Shown here one piece after another: positions 34,616-47,777 of a DNA stretch of 64,000 nt. Position 1 is the first letter of the stretch. Each line of letters starts with the position of its first letter. The stretch lies in the NCBI GenBank assembly GCA_050273025.1, contig CP158635.1, positions 28,644,001 to 28,708,000 on the forward strand. Reading direction: 5' to 3'. A model generated the notes under the pieces. That model was not told the origin of the DNA, did no database searches, and worked only from the letters and a program-made list of their open reading frames with translations. This DNA comes from Cenococcum geophilum. Lineage: Eukaryota. The translations under genes and the position numbers were made by a program.

Positions 34616-34880
34616 CCTTCTCGCCAAACGGCCGGTATCTGGAAACACCTAGAGGAGACATTCCTCTTCCTCTGCCTCTCTTGAGTGGTCTTCCCTCTCA
34701 GGCAAAAGAGCTGCCTCTATATTTGTAAATGACTAGTGGATAAGTTCTATTACAAAAGCTCTACTTTAGCTTCCGCCTGAATATCGACCAAAATATATAG
34801 CTGTTTATAGAAACGTGATTTGCGTAGGACATTCATCAGGTTGTATAACTTTACTTCAACTTTATCCAGATAAAAGCTAG
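34579..34880 (+). pseudogene. Degenerate original C-terminus of the WD40 gene
   Basis: Shifted frames read LEGHSDWVNHIAFSPNGRYLETPRGDIPLP... then IFVND*WISSITKALL*LPPEYRPKYIAVYRNVICVGHSSGCITLL. This is the usual tail of fungal NACHT-WD proteins (WLPPEYRP), here with CAG->TAG and TGG->TAG stops. Confidence 0.8.
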
Positions 34881-35048
34881 CAATAATCCTATTTATCTTT
34901 ATCTTTTTAATAATCTCTATTTTATAGAGGGGTCCGGGGGACTACATATATTTATATTATAAGAGAGCCTTTTCTAACAGATTCTATTAGTTCCGTTCTA
35001 GTTAAAGCTGATGATAACATACGTGGCGAGGTACTTGTCCCTTTGCTA

Positions 35049-35092
35049 CGCTAGCAGGGAGGGCGGCCGACCCGCTCCGGCCACACCCTTGT
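35049..35092 (-). repeat. Right arm of the 44-bp inverted repeat
   Basis: Reverse complement of 29120-29163 (42/44). Confidence 0.92.
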
Positions 35093-35103
35093 CGAGATGT
35101 GTT

Positions 35104-38100
35104 AAGCGAGCCGCTTGATCTACAGTTGAAAGAGGAGGATATTCATCTCGGACATTCTTTTAATCGAATCCTAGTCTTTTGTTTAGCTAGTTCCCGCTGT
35201 AAGGCGGCCCCTGCGGCCCACCGAACGAAGCCCTAGAGCCCTGATGGCTGCTTTAACCCCTAAACGCGTATTAGCAACACCACCTCTGGACCCGCCAGTA
35301 GCTCTACTAAGACGTATAAAGAAACCGAGCGCAAAGGTGTAAGAGGCCCAGTAGTCGCTGAGGACACGAGCCTAAATATTAGCACAGTTTAAATAGCAAA
35401 TAACCGCACTATAAACCGGACTATAAGCTATACAGCATATACTGCCTCTATTCCCTATAGTAAGAGTCTCTACCTTACCCGAACGTAAAGGAGGAGGTAT
35501 TAATTATAACGAATTTTATTAACTTATTAAAAGCCTTAAAGAAACTATAGTATAGTAAAGCAATATTATTATAAACTAGAATAGTATTATTAAGAGCATT
35601 AGAAATAACTTTATAGACATTAAATTGGAATAGTAAAGCCTTAAAAAGCAAAACGCTAAACTCTAAAAGGCTATCTAGTCCTTATAAGCGCAACTAAACA
35701 CTCCTTTAGCTCTAACACAATTATAGGTATTAGTAGCGGCCAGTGGAGGTATAGTAGGGTTAGAGATAACCTTACCACAAATAATAAGCGCTAGGAACCC
35801 TAAGGAACCTAATTAGTAGCTAGTGATAAACGTTAGCTAAGCAGGTTTAAAGGCAATAAAGAGGGTAGCTACTACTAAAGTAGTAAAGTAAACTATTACG
35901 CAAGGTATAAAGGATATTGAGGGGCTTACGGGAGCTATACTTAAGGACTTCCGCGTATGGCGAACAAGCGATAGCGCGAGCATTATTAGATTCTTAGTGG
36001 AAAAAGACAAAGAAGCTATATTTAGATAGATAACTGCTTAATAGCTTAAACCATATATCCCTAGTATAAGGCTTATTGGACCTAAGTAGTATACGGTTAA
36101 GGCGGACTAGGTTAAAGTACCTTTAGCGATAAACATTAATAGCGGAAAAGTAAGTAAGTTAGCTATGGAGCGCTTTGGGGTAGAGAATAGGGTAGAGGTA
36201 TATATAATAAGATGGCTAGGACAACTAAGGCCGCGCGGCTAGCACGCGTTAGTAATTATTAAAGTGGTAATAAAGAAGGATATAGAGAAGCTGCTTACGT
36301 TAAACAACGTGTTATTTAGGGGAGGCGTGATTATTATATCACCATTTAAGGAGCGATGTACCCCTATAGCATACTATAAATGTAAAAGGTTTAGACATAG
36401 GGCTAGAGACTACACGCGACCTAATACGTGCGAAATATATGGGTGGGAAGGCTATCTCTGGTGTAAGATGGTAAATCTATACTGTGTAAACTGCTAAGGT
36501 CCTTATTAAGCCTTATACCGTAAATACCTAGTATATAGAAAAGAGATGGACAGGATTTTTATATAACAGCGCTATAAATAGAGAACTCTAGATCCTTTAG
36601 GCGAATATAAAGAAGTATAGGGAGGCGTAGTATGCGCTATATAATAATAAAGCGCTAGCAGACTTCTACTTTATTTTAGGCTAGAAGCCTTACTGCTTTC
36701 TCTTAAATGGGGAAGTAGTACTAGCTGGCTTAAATCCCTAGTAGATAAGGTTCGTCCTAATAGGTAGGCAGTAGTAGTATTCCCTAGTTAGGTTATATAT
36801 TTGGGCATCTAGAGAGCTGATAGCTATATAGCTATAGGTAGATTTAGTAGACATTACGGTGGTAGTAGTATACGTTGGCTAAAGAAGACTTATAATTATG
36901 TCGGTATATATTCTAAATAAAGGTTTAAGAAGAACTAAGGAAGAGAACCTAGAGGAGCTCTCTAGCAGACTAGAGATAATTAATAGGCTAATTTAGGGTG
37001 AACTATTACGCGACTTATATACTAAGGTAGTAATTATAGGTGACTTTAATCGGCATAATCCACTATGGGGAGGAAGTTATATTAGTACTATATTAACGTA
37101 GGAAGAAAGCGCACTAATTATTGACTTTATAGCGGACCGGTTACTCCAGAGCCTACTTCTAGTGGGAATACCTACGTTTAAAAGCGACGTGGGGCGAATA
37201 TTAATAATTAACCTTATGCTTGCAACCCTGGGCCTAGCAAGTAAACTAGTAAAGTGCGCTATCTAGGAGTATAAGTACGGATTAGACTATAGAGCTATTT
37301 ATACTAGCTTTTAGGTCGATATAGATACGTAGGAGAGCCAGGAGAGGCTACTTATTAAGAATGTAAACTAGGACAAGATATAAGAAGACGTAGAGTAATA
37401 GAAAGAGATGGGATTCCCTATAGAAGATATGGATAAAATGGTTAACTGCCTTAATAGATAGGTTAATAAAGCCCTTAAAGCATACTACTAACGGGCCAGA
37501 CTATTACCGTATATAAAAAGATAGTGGAACGAAGACCTTATAACGCTAAGGAAGTTATATATATACTAGAGGAATAGGAATAGCGCGATATGGAGGTAAG
37601 AAAGGGACGACCCTAAGCTACGTAATGTCGTAGTAAGAGCGAAGAAGCTCTTTTATAGGACTATTTGGCGATATAGGAAGCTCTATTAGGACGAATTCCT
37701 TAGTAATAGTAATAATATATAAAAAGCGTCGAAATACCTTAATCCGCAGGCTATATCCGCATTTGCTAGAATACCGCTAATTAAGAAGGATAAAGGATAG
37801 GGAGAAGTTGTTACGGAGAACTATAATATTATAAAAGAACTACTCTAGGTATTTTTTCCGGTCCCACTGCCGTGCGAATAAAAGGAGGAAGCTATAACTA
37901 GCTATAACTAATTGCTGTAAAAGCCTATTGCTAAATATAAGGTTAAGGTAGCTATGTTTAGGGCTAGCCTAGATAAGGCTCCTAGAAGGGACAGCCTACT
38001 AGCTAAAGTGTGGTAAGAGCTATAGCCCGTACTAAGTAGTAAGATTATTACTCTCTTTACTAAATCACTTAAAATAGGAAAGGTACCCTAGGAATAGAAG

Positions 38101-40821
38101 GTAGTAAAGATTATACCGCTATAGAAGCTAAAGTAGGGGGACTATATAGTAGCAAATAACTATAGGCCGATCTCCCTTTTTCTAACGCTAGGAAAAGCAC
38201 TTAAATTGCTAGTGGCGGAGAGAATAGTATACCTAGTAGAGGAACACAGCCTACTACTTAAGACGCACTTTAGAGCTAGGAAGTAAAGGTTAATAATATA
38301 TACGCTATTATATTTCTATAAGGACATATTTAAAGTATAGAGAGAAAAGAAGATACTATCTCTAGTATTGTTTAATGTTAAGGGTGCGTATAATAATATA
38401 GCTATAGAGCCGGAAATTAGGAGATTACGGCAGCGTTAAATACCTTAGATAATTATATAATGGGTATAGGACTTTTATATAAACCGTTAAGCCTATATCC
38501 TAGTTAACGGATATATATTAGAGGTATAGGCGCTTCCGCAGGCGGGTCTTTTGTAGGGATTAGCACTAGCCCTAATACTTTTTCTATTCTTTAACGCGGA
38601 TCTTATATAAAGTATACCCAGAAATAGCAGCTCTATAGCCTTTGTTAATAACTACTTAGTATAGGTTATAGGCCCTACGGTAGAGGAAAATATGTAGATT
38701 ATCTAGGGCGAGATTATACCAATGCTTGAGAAATAGGAGAGAACTAGTGGAGCCCAATTTAAAGCGAAGAAAACGTTATTTATCCACCTTACTAGATATA
38801 AAGAAGTAGGTAGGAATGCCACCACGCCGCTCTAATTTAAAGGAAAAGGGATCCCCCCGACTTAGGAAGTTAAAATTCTTAGGGTAATCCTTAATAAGGA
38901 GCTATAGTTTAAGGCGTACCTAGTAAATAAGGCAGGCAAAGCTATTAAGGTAGCGCTAGCGTTACGTAGATTAAAGGGACTGCAGTTTAAGAGCGTTAAG
39001 CAGCTAGCTAAGAGCTTGGTCCTACTAGTAGTAAACTACGCATCGCTAATATAGTACCCGCTTGCGATATAAGAGTTAATATAGCTCCTCTAGTAGGCGT
39101 AGAGGATTATAGTATAAGCTATTATTAGGGGGTTCCGCTCTATCGCCCTATTAATAGCGGAAGTAGAAGCTGGCTTGCTCCCTTTTAAGTAAAGGCTACG
39201 TAACTAGGCCATTGCGTTTTGGGTATTAATCTATAAACTAGGCAAATTATATCCTTATTAGATGATTTAAAGATAGAGGCTCTATAAACGGCACCGGTCG
39301 CCGCTTTAGAGGATAGTAGAGATATATAAGGATATCTAGGTAAATGGGGTGCTAAAGGTCAAACCGTATATATACCCATTGTGGGTAGCTAAGCTAAATG
39401 TGGTAATATGTAAGGATAAAGAGTATACTTAAGCTATTATTAAAGACTATAAACTAGGGTAGGTTAATATATATATTAATACATCGGTGCGTAATAGTAG
39501 GGCAGGAGTTGGCGTATATGCTACGCCATCTAAAGCAACGCTTTTAAAAACGGTGGCGGGCTTTAAGTAGGCCGACGCCCACCTAATAAAGCTTCTAGTA
39601 ATTAGCGAGGCAGCTAACTGGCCGTAGGACCCTATATACACAGCTGTCGACTAAGTAGGTTTTCTAATACCTGCTTCTAGTATAAGAATATTCTCCGACT
39701 TGTAATTAGTGTTACTATTAGTATAGAGCTAGAGGGCTAGAGCCTACTAGGAAATAGTTATAAAGATCTTAAAGAAGCTCTAGCTAAATAATATCACGCT
39801 ATACTAGATTTTAGGCCATTTAAGATTTGTAGGAAATAAGAAGGCTAATAAGCTTATTAAAGCAGCAACAAGATTAGAGAGTAAAGAGCCACTATAGAGA
39901 GACGGCCTCCTATAGTACCTTATAACGTAAGCCTTAAAAAGAGCTAAGATAATAATAGAACCGCTTCTATTAGGAAGATCTAATACGGGTAAGTTTATAA
40001 GGAAGATTAACGTAGCACTCCACCTTAGAAAGGCTGTAGGATTATACTAGTAGCTAATTAGCCTAGAAGCTACTATCCTTACGCAGCTATAGACTGGCAA
40101 GTCATTTCTAAAGAAATATCTCCATAAAATTAATATATTAGAGACGGCGTTATATAACTATAGGCTTATAGAATTAATATAGCACTTCCTCTTCTCTTAT
40201 AGGAGGTGGGCGTAGTAAAGGATTAAACTAAGAGAGTAATATAGAGATCGATTTAGGGATCTATTATATATATTAGGAGGCTACTTACGTAGACAAAAAG
40301 GAGGTAGGAGTATTAACGGCCCAATTAAGCGCTAGAAGCCAGATATTAGCGTAGTTAAAGCTATAATTAAATTTATAAAGGAGACCGGATGTTTATACCT
40401 AAGCGTATAAGATATAGAGAGTATAGAAGCTAATATTAATAAGCAAAGACTCCTAAGAATTCCTCCTCTAATTATCTAACCAAATATACCGCAAGCCTCC
40501 TTTACACGTGCCTTCACTAGTACGTCGCCGATTAAGAAGCATATAACGCTGGAATAGCCCTACGGACATAAGGCGTCAAAAACTACTTATTTGGGCTCGC
40601 CTCTAAACTCTAACTTTCTTTAATAGTAATATATTACTTTCCTTTATTTTTTCCTTAGTTAAGTATAGTGTTAGGTAATAGATATATAGTTCTTATAGTT
40701 AGCTTCTAAACTAGAGCAAGCATGTTAATGGCAGGAAGTATTTAGTTAGCGCTCTGTAACGGCCTATACCCTAGATGGTGCATGGCCATAATAGAATATA
40801 CATACATACATACATACATAC
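35104..40821 (+). mobile_element. Apparently full-length non-LTR retrotransposon (Tad1-like LINE with RNase H), RIP-degraded
   Basis: 13-bp TSD GTCGAGATGTGTT (35091-35103, 40822-40834), (TACA)n 3' tail. ORF1 from about 35244 with Cys knuckles about 36370-36500. ORF2 with endonuclease GDFNRHNPLWG (about 37039-37071), RT FVNNY (FVDDY, 38641) and RNase H ILGHLRFVGNKKANKL (about 39808-39855). Confidence 0.95.
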
Positions 40822-41545
40822 GTCGAGATGTGTTCGCTAAGGCGACTGCCAAGATCTCTGCTTATGGACGTGGGCAAAATCCTAGCTACACGCTTGGAGG
40901 GAAAGCCGACTTTGCAACCGACTGTAAAAGGTTGAGAATTGGCATTCCTTGACTACCGAAGATTAAAATATATGTACTCTTATACTGTTTACCTGCCCTT
41001 TCTGCTAAACAAGGGTTCAAAGTTCTCGATCGTCAAATCAAACCTGCACCGGCCTGGTGCCTCCAAGCTTTAACTATAGAGTCTGCCATTGAAGTTCCAA
41101 CTCCTTCAATATCCATATGGATCCATGGGCTGCAGTTGGCTATCTTCATCTTCACAATAGCCGGGAGCAAAGCTGGCGGTAGCCTTGCACATAATTTCGA
41201 AGGTCGGTTTTCTGTGGATGTTCTGTTAGGATGCTCAGTGTTCTTCCCTGGTGCTATAATGGTGAAAACTATCGTTCATTGTCAGCCATCTAGAATTACA
41301 TGACCTGTGGCCCAGGCATGTTATTTCTTGCTCTGCTTACAGCCTATATGGCATTTCGAATCTCTGCTTCCAAATGATTGGTACCAAAAGGAACAGCCAA
41401 CAGTTGTCGTTAATCCGTAAGGATCATGCGTTTCTAGGAGTGGGATGGATACAGTACGAATTTGTCTGCATGATAAAATTATCTTACAGTTCTATTATAC
41501 AGTCTATCTACTCATACAAGCCAATACAAAATTTTCATAGTCGTC

Positions 41546-44500
41546 TTATTCCTTATCTTCCTTTACTGCCTCATCGCACCTCTGGCACAATGCCTCCGGC
41601 TCCGGCGCTACAAACCGCCAACATCGGGGGCATTTATGCTGGGTTGGGGGAACCACCATAACCAAACCGGTTCCTTTTTTTGCATGTTTCGACTCCTCGT
41701 CCGCGTGGATATCGAAGGGTTCTTCGAATTTCCACGCGGGCTTCAATTCCTTCAACATGGTATCTACACCCTCAGCTTCCACAACACTGACACCGGAAAC
41801 CACAAAGATACCCGCCAGTTCCTCCTCACGGTTGTCATTGAGAAGGTCTACAACATGCTTATCTGCCTGCTTCGGTAGGGAGATAAGCACCGAGGACTCC
41901 AGCCCACTCCCCAATTTCTTTTCTGCTCTCGCACGCTCCTGCGCGGCCTTGATCGCAGTATGAGCCGAGCTCAGCACCTCAATCTGGCGATTCAACTTCT
42001 GCATTTCGACATCCGCCACGGGTAAGTCGAACGGCGTCCAGACCACCCGCGCAGGGTGCTCCGAAACGTCTTTCACAGGCTTCGGCGTCCATTCCCAGAC
42101 TTCTTCAACCAGCAAAGGACAAACTGGGGCGAGCATCTGGCAGAGCTCCCAGAATATAATGCCTAAGACGCGTTCGGCGGAGAGACGGTCGGTGGTGGAG
42201 CCGGCGTAGATTCGGTCTTTGAGCGTTTCAAAATAGAATGCTGAGAGATCGTGTGCGATATACTTGTTTAATGCGTTGATGCCGCGGAAGAATTCGTAAG
42301 CGGCGTAATGTGAGTGGACTTCTCTAGACACTTGCGATAGTCGATGCAGGGCAATCTTATCTATGAAAGAGATGTCCGAGTCTAAAAGCTGAGTGTGTAG
42401 TGTACGAAGATCGAGGGAGTCAAACCCTCGCGTTTGGAGCCCAAGAACACCGAGCAGCCACTTGAATGTTACGCGGTACTTATGTAGGGCTGTATTGACG
42501 GCTTGTAGGATTGGTTGGCCAATGACTACATCCTTCGTGTAGTCACTACTTGCTACCCAGAGACGGAGCGCGTCCGGGCCCATGGCGTCGTATGTAAGCT
42601 TAGGATCATTAATATCGTTTTTAGCCTTGCCCTTGCCCTTTTGTTTCTTGTGTTTTAAAGGCGGAAGTAGAGAGCCTGACATGATTTCATCCGGAGAGAT
42701 GACATTGCCAAGTGACTTACTCATCTTGCGGCCATCTTGATCAAGGGTGAAGCCATGTGTGATGAGGGTCTTGAAAGGTGGTTTGATCTTATAATCACTA
42801 GTTTGTGATTCATGCGCAATCCCTTGGGCAACTTCCTCTGATTTAGCTTGATGAGCGACATATGTAAGGAGAGACGACTGAAACCAGCCACGGTGTTGAT
42901 CCGTTCCCTCCAAATATACATCCGCAACAGGTCCATTGCTCCTCTCACGAAGAAGGGTCCAACTAGTTCCGCTGTCAAACCAGACGTCCATCGTATCCTT
43001 GCCACGAACATAGGCCCCTTCTAAATGCTCAGGGATCCATGCCATATCATCCTCGGGGTCTGTCCACCAGGCATCTATCCCACGCTTTTCAATAACTTCC
43101 ATGATGTGACCAATAGTGGGACCATTCATTACTGCTTCATGCTTTCCAGTATCAGTCCGGTACAAAGCCGGAATTGGAACACCCCAGGCGCGCTGCCGAG
43201 AGATACACCACTGGCTACGTCCTTCGATGAAGCTTTGAAGCCGCACCTTACCTCCTTCGGGGATGAAGTTGACATCCTCAAGAGCCTGCATTGATCCAAA
43301 CTTTATTCCGTCAACATTGGCAAACCATTGCTCCGTTGCTCGTACAATAACAGGCTGTTTGGTTCGCCAGTCAATGGGATATTTATGTTTGATCACATGC
43401 GTGCCAACGACGTAATCGATGTCCATGCCCTTGAGATAGCTTAAGACTGCATTTGTGCCTTCGCCCTGGACAGACAGTCCCTGAAATAGGTCAGGCTGCT
43501 CCGGTAAAGCAACATCGGTATACCTTCCTTGATCATCTACAGGTGCGAAAGCCGGAATGGAAAGCTCGCTGCAGACGTTGTAGTCGTCCGTCCCATGTCC
43601 CGGAGCAAGATGAACAAGACCTGAACCGGAAATGTCGGAAACAAAGTCCGCGTGTATGATAGGCTGAGGCTTAGCATGCCTTCCATGGAGCGGGTTACGG
43701 TAATGAAGATTCCCTGCCAATTTTGAACCTAGAATTCCACTCTTGACTATATCGAGTTCGTGTCCCAAGACAGATTCAAGGTACTCAATTCGAGATGTCG
43801 CCACCAGAAGTTGTCCATTCGGCATATCTGGATTCACGACAACGGAATAGTCCATATCTTTGTGGACAGCAATGGCCTTATTAGCGGGTAGTGTCCACGG
43901 TGTTGTTGTCCATATGACAGCATTAAGGGTTTTCCAGTCTATTGATTGAAACTCCCTTCTGAAATTTTCTGAAATCTGTAACGGAAACTTCACAAAAGCG
44001 GCTGTGGAAGTGTGGTTCTCGTCATATTCTAGCTCGGCTTCGGCAAGAGCCGTGCCTGATGATGGTGACCAATATACGGGTTTATATTTTCGATATATCA
44101 GACCTGAAATAGTTAGAATAGTCCTGAACCCTTGGGGAGATTCAATTGAGGGCAGTAAAGGGCGTAAATCCCTAAACATCACAATTTCAGAGACGGACCT
44201 CACCCTTCTCGACCATCTCCTTGAAGACCCCAAGCTGCCTCATTTCAAAGTCCTTATTCATAGTTTTGTATGCATTTTCCCAATCGCCCATAACTGCCCA
44301 TTTTTTAAAGCCCTCCATCTGCTCGCGAACTGTTCCCGCCGCCAACTGCTTAGCCGCCTCCCGCACTTTGACAGCGCTGAGACGTGATTCTGTCTTCCCA
44401 TTTCCATCTCCAGCTCCTTGCCCTTTCCGTGCTTGTAATACCTTAATCTCAATCGGCAACCCATGGCAATCCCAGCCTGGAATGTAGTTCACTAGCTTTC

Positions 44501-44798
44501 CTTGCCCAACTTGGAATCTACAAACTAGGTCCTTCGTAATCTTGTTGAGCGCATGCCCGACGTGCAATGGGCCATTCGCGTATGGCGGCCCATCATGCAA
44601 TACGAATGTTTCAGGCCTTGGATTGGCATTGCAATTGCGATCATAGCGCTTGGATTGCTGCCACGAGTACAAGTCATCGGTGCATCGTTTTAGGTACAGA
44701 GCAGTGGATGCGGGCGTCGGCCGCGCTGGGAAGGCGGATTTGGGAAGGTGCAATGTCGATGTCCATTGTGCGCGCAGAAGGCGGGTTGGAGTTAGCAT
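41546..44798 (-). CDS. ISM1: Isoleucine--tRNA ligase, mitochondrial type; 2 exons (44798-44204, 44103-41546), about 1050 aa
   Basis: LHDGPPYANGPLHVGH (HIGH), GWDCHGLPIE, WTTTPWTLP editing domain, EGTDQHRGWF, KMSKS and C-terminal CPRC...CQRC. Arg-rich N-terminal presequence. A 100-bp GT-AG intron restores the frame. Confidence 0.95.
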
Positions 44799-45689
44799 GG
44801 TAGCATTGTGGGTTGCGTTGTATTCTTTGTGGTTGTATCTGGCAGCCGTGAAAATTATGGGATTCGGCTTTTCTTCGGGATTTGGGGGCTTCGGAGGTGC
44901 TTGACCGAGGGATCCATCTCAACGGTCTCGGGCTCATCGAGCGGGAGGATGGCTTGTTTGATGGAATGAGACCATCGACGCCCAGTTTTCTCTGCTTGTA
45001 TGTTTGTGCAACACACCATCGCCAGCAGACAGCTCATCGACTGTTTGTATCCTTCTCCACTTCCACTTCATCTGTGCCATACAATGCCCACCACTATGTT
45101 TCCAGGACTTACCTCAGGAGCATGTTTACCGGGGATACTAGAATGTTTACGGTCTCGATGGCTGTATCTCGCAGAGCTGGCGAATGGTTGGCTTTTGAGC
45201 GTGTTTCACGGCTTCCTGAAGAGGCAGCTCTTAAACTCCCCTGCCTAGTGGTTGTGTGCGAGGACTTCGAAACTCGAGAAAATACTCCAAACCCCACCCA
45301 AATACCTAAGAAAAACACGGATACGAACCGATCAGGACTCTTTAATGATCTTCTTGAGTTTCAATTGTAAAAGCATGAAGAATTGCTGAGTTTTAGCGCG
45401 ACTCATGAGCTCGACAAAAGAAACGCAAAAGAGTACAACAGTTGTTCCGGATGTGTTCCGAGCTTGGTCAACGTTGCTTCACAACTTATCATATTGTTTC
45501 AAAGCACTCTTTAGGATCCGTCTATAAAGAATCATTGATTATTCCAAGGGAAGTGAAGCTATTTTATGATTGCTACACATAAGCTGACTTCGTTTAATAG
45601 TTCAGATGGAGCCTATACCACCTCTTGCAATCAACGCATAATGGTCACTTCGTATATATACTTGATGTAATTGGCATGGTGTTTAATTG

Positions 45690-47330
45690 AAGCCGCCCGA
45701 TTCCCCTAGTCTCCGTATCTGAAGACGGCACTTCCCTACCAAAGCCTTATGCATATCCAGATATTCTTGCAGCTTCGCTGGGAAACGCTTCGTATACCCA
45801 TCCCTGATTGTTACCATCAATGGAGAAAAGGCGACCAGCTACCTCGAAAACTGGAGTCAATTTAGATCTCTTCAAGATCGTGATGCTCTTTACATTAATG
45901 TTTTCCATGAGTTGGCCCAGGTGTCATTGGGTACGCCTGGTTCTGGTATGGGAACGTTTACTGGGGGAGGTCGTGACCGCTGGCTTTACCCAGGAACTAC
46001 GATGGAATTGGGATTCGTCAATGGGACGAAAGTCACCTATATGGACTTTGCGAAACTCCCCATTCCATTTACCGGCATCACGAGCGGAGAGTCTTTAGGA
46101 GCTATAGTTCTCTACTCCCTCAGGCACTGCAACCAGCCAAAATGCCGCTACTTCCAATACAACACCGACAACATCTTCAGCCGCAGCCAGTACTCCAGCT
46201 CCAGGGTACCCATCACCGGTTGCCCTTCAGATAAATAACTTGATTGGCGGTTATTACTTTGAAGGCGATGAATATTCTAATGTCGCAGTCCCTAGTGTCC
46301 CGTCCTTCGTTTCTCTGGATTCAGCTGAGATTTCATTTCAAGCGGTTGGGAAGCAGTTTATTTCTACGGCGAAAGCAGCGGGTAAAACTAGATGTCAGCG
46401 CGAATGGCGGAGGAGCTATCTTTTCGAAAACACTAATCTCATCGGTAAAAAGTACCCCGAAGTTGCTGGACAGGTTCCGCGCACGCTCGACACGTCTAAC
46501 GCGACTCTGACCGAGATTGAATCCGACATCGTTTCGAGCGCCTTCAACTCTCGCACCGACGTCAACATCAACTACAAAAACTTCCCCTCCTGGGCCGCTA
46601 AATTCGGCCTGCAGCACTATTATGGCGACAACCCCACCAATATCATCCGCTGGAACCTCTTCGACGTTCTCACACCCCTGAATAGCGACAACATCTACAT
46701 CCAGGCTGCGGTAGCCTCACCAACGTAACCCGGCCATTCGCCGCCGAGGACGTCGTCATCGTAACAGACGGCTACTGCGCGTCAACCTGCACAACCTTCT
46801 CGGAGCTCATGCGTCAACAAGCGGGGATCAAGACAATCGCGATGGGCGGACGCAGCCGCCACGAGATAAGCCAAGCCGTTGGCGGCGTCAAGGGCACGAA
46901 CGACTTCCCGTGGGATTACATCCAGAACCTAGCCCAAGTGCGTACGCGTACGCTACGCCCGAGGAACCCGATGAGCAGGCCTGCTACAACACGACCGAGC
47001 TGGGCGATTACTACAACCAGTTGCCCTTTTACCGCGCCGCCATTGGCACCGTGCACAATGTGAACTTCAGAGACGGGATAAGGCATGGCGACACCTCTGC
47101 AGATCAGATCCCGCTGCAGTTTGTCTACGAGCCGGCTGATTGCTGGATCCTATATACGTCTGAATGACGGTCGATGTGACGGCGATCTGGAAAGCGGTTG
47201 CGGACTCGACGTGGGGCGAGCAAATGCATTGCTGGGAGTGTGGCAACGGATACTACGGGCGGATATGGAAAGCATGGGAGAGGGCTGAAGAGGGGTATGA
47301 GGAGGAGAGCGGCCGGGAAGATCGAGAATT
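45690..47330 (+). pseudogene. Fungal peptidase S41-family pseudogene
   Basis: Pieces in shifting frames: PLVSVSEDGTSLPKPYAY, YPGTTMELGFVNG, VAVPSVPSF, LDVSANGGG, VVIVTDGYCASTCTTFSELMRQQAGIKTIAMGGR, VNFRD, PLQFVYEPADC. Several frameshifts and no 5' part found. Confidence 0.8.
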
Positions 47331-47777
47331 ATTTGTTGGACTTGTACATGGACTTGTACATGGACTTGATGCTATCATGTTGCCGTAGTCGAAAAACGGG
47401 GGATTACTCAGCGGAGCCCCGCTCAGAAGCGCTATACGCATGATACCTATTGAAAAATTCTAATTGAGCACCGAGAAGCCCTTGAATCGTTTGAATGCTC
47501 TATAGAATCGCTAGTAGTGGTATATGAAGATTTCTGTGCATGTCCGATGAAAGCATGTGGTAAACTCCATTCCGAGTTTAATGATTACAGCACAGCATAG
47601 GAGAACATCTATCAACATAAACTCTAAAGCAGAATTTTAACCATGGCTCAAAACAAGCAAAATTCCTCGAAATGGTCTAAGCCATCCAAAGACTCCAGGG
47701 AAGGCCCATACGAATACAACCAAGCAAAACCCCAAGACGCCTTAAAAGCAGGCCGCCACCGTGCGAATAATTCAGCT

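Noticed and set aside
27088..35100. Starship boundary or captain gene
   Set aside because: No tyrosine-recombinase-like (DUF3435) gene or diagnostic boundary is visible in this window; membership of a larger element cannot be excluded.
44104..44233. N-terminus MGSSRRWSRR... of the 895-aa ORF as the IleRS start
   Set aside because: It is out-of-frame exon plus intron sequence; the HIGH motif lies in the upstream exon starting at 44798.
44855..45370. Overlapping ORFs upstream of IleRS
   Set aside because: No recognisable motif and no coherent gene model.
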